Shown here piece after piece: positions 19,098 through 28,514 of a DNA stretch of 64,000 nt (positions within the stretch are counted from its first letter, which is position 1; each line of letters starts with the position of its first letter). This DNA is from an uncultured Candidatus Saccharibacteria bacterium. Its GTDB lineage: Bacteria; Patescibacteriota; Minisyncoccia; Phycocordibacterales; UBA9973. Below the pieces are notes generated by a model. That model saw only the letters and a list, made by a program, of their open reading frames with translations, did no database searches and was not told the DNA's origin. Location: assembly GCA_964645245.1 (NCBI GenBank), contig CAZYBS010000001.1, positions 526 through 64,525 on the forward strand, written 5' to 3'. The position numbers and the translations under genes are program-made.

Positions 19098-19195
19098 GAA
19101 CTAGGGGCTAGTTGCTAGGGACTAGGGGATAGTTTTTATGCCAAATTTGTTTTTACTTTCCTAGAACCTAGAACCTTGTCCCTAGAACCTAACCT
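19094..19195. repeat. CTAG-rich motif cluster (ctaggggctag, ctagggactagggg, cctagaacctagaacc, ccctagaacctaacc)
   Basis: shares ctagaacctag / ctaggggctag words with 23655-23750 and 19765-19785. Confidence 0.45.
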
Positions 19196-19547
19196 ACTTC
19201 TTCGCTGCTAAAGCTTCAGCGATTTTGCTATTGGGAAGTATCGGACCGTAAAATACGACATGTTTCCTATTTAGATATAGGTGTTTGGGCGCCCAAAGAG
19301 CTTCAGTCAGCGGATTAAGCTGGAAATTGCTCTTCTTAGGGTCGGTAGCGTCTGGTGCCGTAGCTAGAATATAGCCATTTTTCAATTCCATCATTGGAAA
19401 TGTAGATAGCTTGCCTATATATACTTCCCCGGTGGAAAGATATACGACAGAAATAGAATTACCTGTATCCCTATATTTGCTCCAAAGAGCAACTCCCACG
19501 ACAACCAAAACCACGATAACTATCAGCGCGATATTTTTTTTAGACAT
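19194..19547 (-). CDS. hypothetical membrane-anchored protein
   Basis: 117-aa ORF with N-terminal TM anchor IALIVIVVLVVVGVALW. Confidence 0.4.
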   Translation of the reverse strand: MSKKNIALIVIVVLVVVGVALWSKYRDTGNSISVVYLSTGEVYIGKLSTFPMMELKNGYILATAPDATDPKKSNFQLNPLTEALWAPKHLYLNRKHVVFYGPILPNSKIAEALAAKK

Positions 19548-19611
19548 AATAAATTCTTTTTTATGTTATTTGTAATAGAGATACTATAGAGGAATTTGAT
19601 ACAAAATACAA

Positions 19612-19682
19612 CCTCACCCTACCCTCTCCAAAGGAGAGGGTAAATCACCCCTCCCTTTTGGGGAGGGGTTGGGGAGAGGTGG
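19612..19682. repeat. family-1 GC palindromes (two adjacent hairpins)
   Basis: ccctctccaaaggagaggg and cccctcccttttggggagggg. Confidence 0.8.
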
Positions 19683-19688
19683 TAAATA

Positions 19689-19719
19689 CAAAAAACCACT
19701 CTGAAAGGAGTGGTTTTTT
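19689..19719 (-). terminator. rho-independent terminator hairpin, near-identical duplicate of the 15634 copy
   Basis: aaaaaaccactctgaaaggagtggtttttt. Confidence 0.6.
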
Positions 19720-19785
19720 GAAGTTTTAGAAGATCGACCCCGCCCAAGGCGGGCAGGCATCTAAAAGCTATTTCTAGAACCTAGG

Positions 19786-19842
19786 CCTCACCCCTCCGCC
19801 CCTCTCCATAACTTAGTTATGGAGAGGAGTTGGGGGAGAGGT
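19786..19842. repeat. family-1 GC palindrome directly downstream of 19842-23348 gene stop
   Basis: cctcacccctccgcccctctccataacttagttatggagaggagttgggggagagg. Confidence 0.8.
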
Positions 19843-22800
19843 TAGCTTGATACGCCAACCGTACCGGTAGGATAGTTGTAGAAGAAGCCAGGAGTTGTGG
19901 TCGTACGGTCAAGGTATCTGTTGGATACGGTCGTAGCCGCGCTTCCGGCGACATCTATACCATTGGTAGTAGCGGCATTTCCAGCCGTGTCAGTCCAGCT
20001 CAAGAGGTCCGCATTACCGGTGCTCAATGTAGCTTGACCGGCTTTGTTCGTACTGGTAACCGCGTCAAACTGCAAGAAAATCTTGAAGGTCTGACTTGTT
20101 CCAGCCGGAATCTGATAACCACCGGTAAAGGTAATGGTTGAAGTACCTCCAGCTGTCGTACTACCCATTGCCGTATTAGTCGTAGTCACCGGATTGCCGT
20201 CCTTGTCTTTAACACGAATACCGTCAGCCGCATAACCAGGGTTAGCATTAGGTAGTGTAGCCGAAGTTAGAATGGCATTAATTGGCAGAGCGTTAAGTGT
20301 GATATCACCCTTGAGATTAGCCGTCACAACCACATTACCAATTTGAACTGACCCAGTAGTAAGTACTTGAGTTGAGGTCGTCAGCGTCATGGTAGGAGCC
20401 GAACCAACCAATTTCATAGTCGGAGCAGCTACTGTAGCCGCGGTCTGAACAGTATCACAAGTTTGGATAGCCGCCGTACAAAGCGTACTGGTCGTATTAC
20501 CGCTGGTGTACTTGATGTACTCCAGAGCGACACGCGCAGTAGCGCCGGTAGAAATACCATTAGTGCCAACTTCGGCGTAGGAAACAAACACCTCCTGGCT
20601 AAGTCCGGAACCGCCGTTTGGAACAGTCAGAGCCAGACCGGTCAAGTAGGAAACACCAGCAACCGGCGCAGCTGACACATTGCCAACCTTAATCGCCGTA
20701 ACCGTTGAAGGAACTAATCTAACCGCTGAAGGAGTACCGGTAGAAGCTACAGCCACATAAACAGTCAGGTTTGGAGCGGAAATTGCGGTAACCGTACCCA
20801 AACCGTTGGTGGTCGCGGCCACTAGCTGAACGACATCACCCACCGCAAACTTAGCCGTATCGGCTGAAGTCGTCAGGGTCAGTGTCTGGGCAGTAGTTGT
20901 GTTTGCATCGGCATCGGTAGAAGCGGCCGAGAAGTCTTGGCTGTTGACAGTGAATTTCATTTCTGAAATTACTGCCGAGCCGCCAGTCGCTTGAATCTTG
21001 AACACTGCCTTGGTAGCATTAGCCGCACCGCCATTGGCCGCCGGAACGAATTGCTGAGAGGTAGATGGAGCGGTCAGCAAGGCAATGTTGTTAGAAACTG
21101 TACCGACAGCCAAAGTAACTGTTTGACCGGTTACCGCTGTCGCATTACCGTTCTGACTAATTGAAACATTGCTGCTTGAACCAATAGAAGTAACAACCAG
21201 CTTGGTCAAAACTGATGCGCTGCCAGCTGTAGCACCCGTATCAGCCAACACATCAATTACTTTGGTTGCTCCAGGTAGAAGCGTAAAGTCAACGGAGAAT
21301 GTGTTGGAAGCCGCCGGCTGAATTGGATTAGCGCCGGAGCCAGTAGTTTCGGAAGTTCTAAGATTGGAGAAGTTGGTCAAGGCCGGGGTGGTAGAAGTTG
21401 ACAGGGCTGTGCCCGCACCATTGAATAAGGTAACAGCCAAACTGGTTACCCGAACAGATTCAGAAGAACTCTGGTTTTGCAGAACGAATGAGCCAACCTT
21501 CACACCGGCGGTGTTCGGATTAGCATTTTGACTGGCATAACCGGTATTCCTGGAAACCGCCAGGACTCCGGTCTGAACAGTCAGGATTGTTCCGGTGACG
21601 GTAGAAGTCGGGAAATTCAAAGTGGCCTTTGAATTCTGACCCTGTCCATTGCTGGAACCGACATTAAGGTTAGCCGAGACCGAACCGGCAGTATAGTTGA
21701 TACTGGTAGAGTTCTGAAGGTCGGCGCGAATTTCAATATAACTGTCCGCACCGGCTGGCAGAATCATTTGTGAACCAAGCTGGAAGGTAAGCGCATCCGT
21801 GCCGTTGTAGGCAGCGCTGGAACCAACCTGTGAACCGTTAAAGTAGATAGTCACATTGTTCAAGTTGGTCGTTGAACCGGAGGCGGTAACACCGCTAGTC
21901 ATGATAGGTTTAACAATAAGATTGCTAACCTTCACATCCTCGCCATATCCATGCACTTTGAATTTACCAATAGCGACGTTGGTCGCGCCGCCAGTAATAT
22001 TCGTCAGCGCTTGGAAAGTAGGGTCAACATTGACCGAAGCCGAACCGGCATTAATTGTTATTTGACCGGCCGTATTGGCAGTAAAGGCAGTGGTAGAACT
22101 AACAGCCGCAGCCAAATTTACTCCAACTTGACCATCGTAGAGAACTAAGTCAGAGGCTTGCTGAACTGAAACTGTAACCGTGTAGCTTGCACCCTTGACA
22201 ATATCTGCGCGCACATCAACCGTGTGCGTACCAGTTGAAAGCTTTAGAGGGCTAGCGGAAAAGTCAAACATTGCGTAGTTGGAGCCGGTAATCGTGCCCA
22301 TCGTAGCGGCACTGCCTACATTGACACCATCAACATAAAGCTTGACATTGCCCAGCGCGTCAACCGGGGCTGAACCAACTGTGCGGAAGTTCGCACCCTT
22401 GAGCCAGACTTCACGTACATTTACTTGTACCGGAGCTGACCAGACTGTGTAGGCGGAGGTCCCGGCATTGACTGATGCGGCCGGAACAGCCACCGAAGCT
22501 TGCGTGGCCAGATAGACACTCGCTAAGTTACCGCTACCGTAAGTCATTGTATTACCGCTTACGTTAGCTGTCACAGCTGTTTGACCAGCGGCGGTAAAGC
22601 TAAGTAGAGTAATGCCCAGAGTGGAAGCATTAGTCACAACAGCCACATCAGCTTTGACCGAAATAGTTCTGGAACCACTGACCGCCAGACCAAGACTATT
22701 CATTGTTAGTTCACCAGTATTGTTGAATGAATAACCGTCGGTCAGACGAGTCGTCCCGTCATATAAGTAGAGATTGGACAAGGTGTTTTGGTCAGAGACA

Positions 22801-23348
22801 CCAGTGCGCTTGAGCATAACTGTATTGACAGTGCCTGCACCACTGAAGGTAAAGTGCGCCAGGTCAGCCGTAGATTGACCGCCGATGATGTATCTGGAAG
22901 CTGGATTGTCTGCCGCAACTGCGACGGTTACTGGACCAGTTTGTGCTACTGGAGTTGTTGCTGCACAAGGAGCGCCGGTATTACTATTGTACATAGCCCC
23001 GCCCTCACAACCTGCAGCTGGAGCAGAAGTCATAGCCGCACCGCCGGACCAAGCAGCGCGTGATTTAGGACCGAAGACTCCGTCAGCCGCCAAGCCTGCA
23101 TCGCTTTGCCAAGCCATGACAGCCGCTTTGGTTTTCGGACCAAATTTACCGTCGGCAGTGGCTCCGACCGCCGTCTGCAGACATTTAACTTGCTCGCCTT
23201 TTGAACCTACTCTCAAGGTGCTAGTGATTGTACAATCAGCCGCAAGAGCTGTAGTCGCGAACGCAAAGGCGAACAAGACGACACCTACGAGCAGAGCCGA
23301 CGCAACCATCGCTCCAAGAAGGAATTTTGATTTTAATATATTACTCAT
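19842..23348 (-). CDS. large cell-surface protein (1168 aa) with N-terminal peptidoglycan-binding-like domain and Ig-like beta repeats
   Basis: signal peptide, then GSKGEQVKCLQTAVGATADGKFGPKTKAAVMAWQSDAGLAADGVFGPKS (PG_binding_1-like), long Thr/Ala/Val/Gly-rich body. Confidence 0.65.
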   Translation of the reverse strand: MSNILKSKFLLGAMVASALLVGVVLFAFAFATTALAADCTITSTLRVGSKGEQVKCLQTAVGATADGKFGPKTKAAVMAWQSDAGLAADGVFGPKSRAAWSGGAAMTSAPAAGCEGGAMYNSNTGAPCAATTPVAQTGPVTVAVAADNPASRYIIGGQSTADLAHFTFSGAGTVNTVMLKRTGVSDQNTLSNLYLYDGTTRLTDGYSFNNTGELTMNSLGLAVSGSRTISVKADVAVVTNASTLGITLLSFTAAGQTAVTANVSGNTMTYGSGNLASVYLATQASVAVPAASVNAGTSAYTVWSAPVQVNVREVWLKGANFRTVGSAPVDALGNVKLYVDGVNVGSAATMGTITGSNYAMFDFSASPLKLSTGTHTVDVRADIVKGASYTVTVSVQQASDLVLYDGQVGVNLAAAVSSTTAFTANTAGQITINAGSASVNVDPTFQALTNITGGATNVAIGKFKVHGYGEDVKVSNLIVKPIMTSGVTASGSTTNLNNVTIYFNGSQVGSSAAYNGTDALTFQLGSQMILPAGADSYIEIRADLQNSTSINYTAGSVSANLNVGSSNGQGQNSKATLNFPTSTVTGTILTVQTGVLAVSRNTGYASQNANPNTAGVKVGSFVLQNQSSSESVRVTSLAVTLFNGAGTALSTSTTPALTNFSNLRTSETTGSGANPIQPAASNTFSVDFTLLPGATKVIDVLADTGATAGSASVLTKLVVTSIGSSSNVSISQNGNATAVTGQTVTLAVGTVSNNIALLTAPSTSQQFVPAANGGAANATKAVFKIQATGGSAVISEMKFTVNSQDFSAASTDADANTTTAQTLTLTTSADTAKFAVGDVVQLVAATTNGLGTVTAISAPNLTVYVAVASTGTPSAVRLVPSTVTAIKVGNVSAAPVAGVSYLTGLALTVPNGGSGLSQEVFVSYAEVGTNGISTGATARVALEYIKYTSGNTTSTLCTAAIQTCDTVQTAATVAAPTMKLVGSAPTMTLTTSTQVLTTGSVQIGNVVVTANLKGDITLNALPINAILTSATLPNANPGYAADGIRVKDKDGNPVTTTNTAMGSTTAGGTSTITFTGGYQIPAGTSQTFKIFLQFDAVTSTNKAGQATLSTGNADLLSWTDTAGNAATTNGIDVAGSAATTVSNRYLDRTTTTPGFFYNYPTGTVGVSS

Positions 23349-23614
23349 AAATTTTTTCTAATTTTTACGCCATTAATTAGTTTCGACTCGCCCCTCACTT
23401 GCACGCAAGTGAGGGACAAAACTAAAAGCGTATTTTTTCTATCGTTATTTTTTACCCGCTAATAATAATGACCTTTTATTCTCCTTCAAGATTTTTTCGA
23501 CGAAATCGTGAACGAAAACAAATTACGATTGGTGAATATAGATTGCACAAAGATGTGCAGTCAACAGACACCATGACATTATAATATACAGCTCCAGGAT
23601 AGAGCAATATACTA

Positions 23615-23626
23615 TGTGGATAACTC
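23615..23626 (-). promoter_or_regulatory. GAGTTATCCACA upstream element, ~30 nt before tattataat (promoter of 19842-23348 surface gene)
   Basis: gagttatccacatagtatattgctctatcctggagctgtatattataat. Confidence 0.45.
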
Positions 23627-23654
23627 CCACACCCCTATATTTGCACACTTTTAA

Positions 23655-23750
23655 CTGGAATGCAAGGGGGTAAATCAGGGGCTAGGTGCTAGGTTCTAGA
23701 TTATGCTGTTTTTCACTAGTCCCTAGCACCTAGAACCTAGCCCCTGATTT
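23655..23750. repeat. CTAG-rich long imperfect inverted repeat downstream of the 23737 gene
   Basis: atcaggggctaggtgctaggttctag ... ctagtccctagcacctagaacctagcccctgat. Confidence 0.5.
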
Positions 23751-24456
23751 GGTACCTACTCCAGCGTTTCTCTCCTGTCTTATTAAGGATACTGTCCTTG
23801 ACCATAGATACTAACTCTCTCTGTAATGTCTTTTCACTACAAGAAGAAATGAGTGACCCTGCCTCGCCGGCAGGCAGGCCTGAAGCTTTGGTTTTAATAT
23901 CCGTTATGGTAACACCACTAGGACTGGCTTTTATTACAGATATTATTAGATCTCGTCTTTGTTTTTTTACGGACAAAGCAAGAGTTCTATCGGACAAAGC
24001 TTTCATAAGAGTGCTCCCTTTTTGGACACCGATTCTAGTATGTCCTTTAGAATTTTCTCTCCCCCTGCTAAGGGGGAGTGCTCCGACCCGGGTCGGAGCG
24101 AGGGGGTCAGACCCCTCCTCATTCCTCCCCTTAGCAGGGGAGGAATTTTCTAAAAATTCTTCAAGCCATGTAGGTTTTATTTGCTTGGACTCACTTATGG
24201 ATTGATTGAGTTCTGTGAATTCTTTTCTGAGAATATTGCTATTCATTTCAGAAATGATATTAACGGCGGAAGCTATGTCCAAAAAGGACATGATCTCAGA
24301 TATTTTAGGTAAAGTATTTACCGGGGCAAAATGCATGTCCGATATAATATTAGTGCCTAATGTCCTTAACTTATTCCGAAGTGGCTCTTCTTTGTCCATA
24401 ATGTCTGTTACCATATAAAGCGCAGTAATAAGTTTATTGGTCTTGGTGTAAGACAT
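23737..24456 (-). CDS. hypothetical protein with C-terminal winged-helix-like segment
   Basis: start set at MSYTK (upstream ORF extension is a translated repeat half-copy); contains in-frame ~90-bp GC-palindrome insertion at 24056-24144. Confidence 0.4.
   Translation of the reverse strand: MSYTKTNKLITALYMVTDIMDKEEPLRNKLRTLGTNIISDMHFAPVNTLPKISEIMSFLDIASAVNIISEMNSNILRKEFTELNQSISESKQIKPTWLEEFLENSSPAKGRNEEGSDPLAPTRVGALPLSRGRENSKGHTRIGVQKGSTLMKALSDRTLALSVKKQRRDLIISVIKASPSGVTITDIKTKASGLPAGEAGSLISSCSEKTLQRELVSMVKDSILNKTGEKRWSRYQIRG
24056..24144. repeat. composite family-1 GC palindrome (nested hairpins) in-frame in 23737-24456 gene
   Basis: ctccccctgctaagggggag ... ctccgacccgggtcggag ... gagggggtcagacccctcctc ... 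cctccccttagcaggggagg. Confidence 0.75.
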
Positions 24457-24458
24457 CA

Positions 24459-24488
24459 ACCTCACCCCTTCGCCCCTCTCCTTAATAT
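24459..24488. repeat. family-1 half-copy (left arm only) at the 5' end of the same gene
   Basis: cctcaccccttcgcccctctccttaata. Confidence 0.6.
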
Positions 24489-24586
24489 TTTTTTCATCTC
24501 CAAGCATCTGTCCGTTATACTATAGGACAAGGAAAAACGCAAGGTATTTTTACTAAAAAACTTTTCTGTGTTAAAATATAAATATC

Positions 24587-26809
24587 ATGAAAAATAAAAA
24601 AGAAAATCCAGTAGGACTAAAAACTCAAACCAAACACGGGATAATGGCAGTCATTTTTTTTGTTTTGGCATTATTTTTTTTAATGTCCGCCTTTGAGATG
24701 ACGGGAGTCGCCGGTGAATTTATTTATGAAAAACTTAATTACCTTTTAGGTATCGGCTATGCACTTCTTCCTGCCCTTTTTGTCTTGCTTGGGTCTTCAT
24801 TTGTAAAATCGGAGACTCCGGATATCGGATGGACAAGTACAATAAGTGGAATAATGTTTCTCCTCTCGGGGCTCGGACTAATAGACATTGCCTCCGGTAA
24901 GCATTCGGGCGGATTGTTAGGAGAAATTTTATCAATACCTCTGGTCTCTCTTTTTGACGCATATGCGAGCATTATTTTCCTCGGCGCAATTTTAATAATT
25001 TCAATTCTGGTAATATTTGACGCAAAACTGGACATCGCGCCTTTTTTTGAAAAACTCTGGATTTTGATAACGAAGAAAAAAGCAGAGAAATACTCTTCCC
25101 CTGCTAAGGGGGAGATAGCCGAAGTAGAGGGGGTCGACCCCTCCCTAATCCTCCCCTTAGCAGGAGAGGAGGAATCAGAACCGATAACTAAAAAAATTAA
25201 AAAAGTATTGGGTATAAGTAAGGAAGACGAAGAAGAGATGCCAATTAAAAAAAGGAAAGCGGATCTTTCTACTTACGTTCCTCCCCCACTGTCTCTATTG
25301 GAAGAAGATCAAGGTAAGCCGAATACCGGCGACATAAAAGCTAATGCCAATATAATAAAACGCACGCTCCTAAACTTCGGCATTGAAGTGGAAATGGATG
25401 AAATAACAATCGGGCCGACCGTCACGCGTTATGCATTGAAACCGGCCGAGGGAATGAAACTCTCGCGCATTATCGGCCTCACCAACGACCTGGCGCTGGC
25501 GCTGGCGGCGCACCCGATTAGAATAGAGGCGCCGATTCCGGGAAAATCTTTGGTTGGCATTGAAATTCCAAATAGAACAAAGTCGCTAGTCGGTCTGGCC
25601 ACCCTGCTGGCTGATGATAAATTCCAAAATTCTTCAAAACCCCTGACTATAGCCCTAGGCCGCAACATCGGAGGCAAGTCAGTATTTGGCAACCTGGCCA
25701 GAATGCCGCATTGTCTGGTCGCCGGCGCAACCGGTTCCGGGAAATCAGTAGCTATTCACGCGATGATTACTTCCCTGCTTTATAGAAACGGGCCAGACGA
25801 CTTGAAATTTATAATGATAGACCCCAAGCGCGTAGAGCTCACCCTTTATAATAATATTCCGCACTTGCTCACTCCCGTCATCACTGATGCCAAAAAGACA
25901 ATCCTGGCTTTGAAGTGGGCAGCCAAAGAAATGGATCGCCGTTATGACATATTGGAAGCAGAATCCGTGCGAGACATAGAATCTTACCATAACAATATCT
26001 GGAAAGAAGGGGGTGGTGATCGTCTACCTTATATTATCATTATAATAGATGAGTTAGCAGACATAATGAGTTCTTATCCGAGAGAACTTGAATCCGCCAT
26101 CATCCGCCTGGCGCAACTGTCCAGAGCTGTGGGCATTCATTTAATCTTGTCTACCCAGCGTCCGGAAGTAAATATCATTACCGGCCTAATTAAAGCTAAT
26201 ATTCCGGCTCGAGTCGCCCTGAAAGTTTCTTCGCAAGTAGATTCACGCACCATACTGGATGCCGGCGGCGCAGAAAAACTTTTGGGCGCCGGAGATATGC
26301 TTTATTCTTCGGGCGAAGCTCAGCCAGAACGCTTGCAGAGCGCGTTTATTTCCGAAGCCGAAGTTAAAAAAGTCGTAAAGTATCTGGCCGATGTATATAA
26401 AGATGAAATATCCGAAGAGATAGCATTTTCGGCAGGAAATATGGCAGTTGATAAAAGTATTTTTTCCGCCCAAGGCGCCGCGCCTGCCGGATTTGGCGGG
26501 CAGGGACCAGCCTTGGGCTGGGAAAGCTTAGATGAAGGAGGTGATGACGATGAACTGTACGAAGAAGCGAGAGCTTGTGTCATAGAGGCCGGTAAAGCGT
26601 CAACTTCTTATCTGCAAAGAAAATTAAAATTAGGATACGCACGCGCGGCGCGCCTAATGGATAAATTGGAAGAACGTGGAGTAATCGGCCCCGGCGATGG
26701 CGCAAAACCCAGGGAGGTATTGTCCCGACGTCCAGAGGAGTCGGGATCCCGACCGCAAACGTCGGGAGAGAAAATCACGCATGATGATATGGGGGGTAAT
26801 ACAATATGA
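24587..26809 (+). CDS. ftsK: DNA translocase FtsK
   Basis: N-terminal TM helices, linker, motor domain with Walker A GATGSGKSV, C-terminal gamma domain (SYLQRKLKLGYARAARLMDKLEERGVIGP). Confidence 0.9.
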   Translation: MKNKKENPVGLKTQTKHGIMAVIFFVLALFFLMSAFEMTGVAGEFIYEKLNYLLGIGYALLPALFVLLGSSFVKSETPDIGWTSTISGIMFLLSGLGLIDIASGKHSGGLLGEILSIPLVSLFDAYASIIFLGAILIISILVIFDAKLDIAPFFEKLWILITKKKAEKYSSPAKGEIAEVEGVDPSLILPLAGEEESEPITKKIKKVLGISKEDEEEMPIKKRKADLSTYVPPPLSLLEEDQGKPNTGDIKANANIIKRTLLNFGIEVEMDEITIGPTVTRYALKPAEGMKLSRIIGLTNDLALALAAHPIRIEAPIPGKSLVGIEIPNRTKSLVGLATLLADDKFQNSSKPLTIALGRNIGGKSVFGNLARMPHCLVAGATGSGKSVAIHAMITSLLYRNGPDDLKFIMIDPKRVELTLYNNIPHLLTPVITDAKKTILALKWAAKEMDRRYDILEAESVRDIESYHNNIWKEGGGDRLPYIIIIIDELADIMSSYPRELESAIIRLAQLSRAVGIHLILSTQRPEVNIITGLIKANIPARVALKVSSQVDSRTILDAGGAEKLLGAGDMLYSSGEAQPERLQSAFISEAEVKKVVKYLADVYKDEISEEIAFSAGNMAVDKSIFSAQGAAPAGFGGQGPALGWESLDEGGDDDELYEEARACVIEAGKASTSYLQRKLKLGYARAARLMDKLEERGVIGPGDGAKPREVLSRRPEESGSRPQTSGEKITHDDMGGNTI
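25094..25172. repeat. composite family-1 GC palindrome in-frame in ftsK linker
   Basis: cttcccctgctaagggggag ... gagggggtcgacccctccc ... cctccccttagcaggagagg; close relative of the 24056-24144 copy. Confidence 0.75.
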
Positions 26810-27219
26810 ATCACAACGCAAAAAGAATATCACAAATAGCTGGCCTGTCTATTTTTTTTCTTCTGATTATTATTTACGCCTTTTTCCGCTCTCATGATTT
26901 AATTTTCGGAGTGAAAATAAAAAATGTAAATATAGTAGACGGGGCACCCGCCCGAACGACTGTTCAGTCGGGCGGGAAAGTTGCAAACAGTGTTCTCCAA
27001 GTGACAGGAAATGCGAGAAATGCGACAAACTTGACTTTAAACGGCCGGGAAATTTCAATAGACCAAGAAGGTAATTTCGACGAGACAATAGTTCTCCTGA
27101 TAGGATATAATATAATAAATATAACAGCCAAAGATAAATTTGGATATATTGATGAAAAAAATTATCAAATTATAAATAACGAGCGAAGTGAGTATATTTT
27201 ATTTGACCCTGTTAAATGA
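26806..27219 (+). CDS. hypothetical membrane-anchored protein
   Basis: 137 aa, start overlaps ftsK stop (ATGA), N-terminal TM; contains in-frame 30-bp family-2 palindrome. Confidence 0.4.
   Translation: MNHNAKRISQIAGLSIFFLLIIIYAFFRSHDLIFGVKIKNVNIVDGAPARTTVQSGGKVANSVLQVTGNARNATNLTLNGREISIDQEGNFDETIVLLIGYNIINITAKDKFGYIDEKNYQIINNERSEYILFDPVK
26947..26976. repeat. family-2 30-bp palindrome in-frame in ORF 26806-27219
   Basis: cccgcccgaacgactgttcagtcgggcggg (identical 30-mer). Confidence 0.85.
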
Positions 27220-27306
27220 TTTTTGAAGACAAAAATCAAAATCTAAAAGATTTTATTTAACAGGGTGGTGATTTTATATAGTCGCTACGCTCATTAAAAA
27301 TCAACC

Positions 27307-28380
27307 ATGTTAAAGAAAAAAGAAAAAAAAGAAGACAAGACTGTGGGAATAGCTGTGCTGGAAGATACTTTGAAGTCAATCCAAAATAAATTTGGCGAAG
27401 GAGCCATAATGAAGTTCGGTGATTCACCGAAGGTGGACGTCAATGTGGTGCCAACTGGCTCTATCGGCCTGGATATGGCGCTCGGAGTCGGCGGGATACC
27501 ACGCGGCAGAATTATTGAAATATTCGGGCCGGAATCATCCGGAAAGACAACGCTCGCCTTGCATATCGCGGCGGAAGCGCAAAAGCTCGGTGGGATCTGC
27601 GCCTACATAGATGCCGAACACGCAATGGACCCGGAATATACCAAAAAACTTGGAGTTAACATAAATAATCTGCTCATTTCCCAACCGGATAACGGCGAAC
27701 AAGCGCTGGAAATCGTAGAGAGCTTAGTGCGAACGGGAAAAATTGATGTCATCGTTATCGACTCGGTGGCAGCGCTCACTCCCAAAGATGAGATTGAAGG
27801 TGATATGGGCGCATATCATGTCGGCAAGCAGGCCCGCCTGATGTCCCAAGCGCTGCGCAAGCTTACGGCAATAGTGGCAAGGTCTAAGACCGTTGTTATT
27901 TTTATAAATCAAATCCGCATGCAAATCGGAGTGATGTTCGGCAATCCAGAAACTACTCCGGGAGGCAAAGCGCTGAAGTTCTACACTTCGGTCCGGCTGG
28001 ATATTCGAAAAATCGCTCAAATAAAAAAAGGGGAAGAAGTTGTGGGTTCGCGCACCCGTGTCAAGGTAGTGAAAAATAAGGTCTCAGCTCCATTCAAGCA
28101 GACGGAATTTGATATTATTTACAACGAAGGCATTTCCAAAGAAGGCGAGATTATGGCATTGGGAGAGAAATTCAAAATCATAGAAAAAACCGGGAATTCG
28201 TATTTCTATGTACCCCTACCCGGCCTCCCCCTTAATAAGGGGGAGGAGAAAGGAGGGGGTAAAGAGAAAATAAAGCTCGGCGTAGGCTATGACTCTACCC
28301 GCACGTTCCTGAAAGAAAACAAAAAAATCTCCGACCAAATCCTGAAAGAAATTAAAAAGAAATTTACGGAGGAAGCGTAA
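27307..28380 (+). CDS. recA: recombinase RecA
   Basis: [36 protein letters not shown] and remaining conserved RecA core; C-terminal region has an in-frame palindromic insertion. Confidence 0.95.
   Translation: MLKKKEKKEDKTVGIAVLEDTLKSIQNKFGEGAIMKFGDSPKVDVNVVPTGSIGLDMALGVGGIPRGRIIEIFGPESSGKTTLALHIAAEAQKLGGICAYIDAEHAMDPEYTKKLGVNINNLLISQPDNGEQALEIVESLVRTGKIDVIVIDSVAALTPKDEIEGDMGAYHVGKQARLMSQALRKLTAIVARSKTVVIFINQIRMQIGVMFGNPETTPGGKALKFYTSVRLDIRKIAQIKKGEEVVGSRTRVKVVKNKVSAPFKQTEFDIIYNEGISKEGEIMALGEKFKIIEKTGNSYFYVPLPGLPLNKGEEKGGGKEKIKLGVGYDSTRTFLKENKKISDQILKEIKKKFTEEA
28212..28260. repeat. family-1 GC palindrome in-frame in recA C-terminal region
   Basis: cctcccccttaataagggggagg; adds [17 protein letters not shown] relative to canonical RecA. 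Confidence 0.75.
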
Positions 28381-28514
28381 AAACTCGTTGAAACATAACT
28401 TTTCGGAGGGGTTTTGAGCGCGACGGCGCGAAAACTTCAGGATTTTTTAAGCTTCAAAAAATCCGTACCGAAGAAAAGTTGTGTTGAGAAAGAGTTTCTG
28501 ATAATATAGCCCCT

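Noticed and set aside
1230-23626. The four perfect DnaA boxes as a replication origin
   Set aside because: They are dispersed over 22 kb, each in a promoter-like context. There is no dnaA/dnaN, no clustered box array and no adjacent AT-rich unwinding element.
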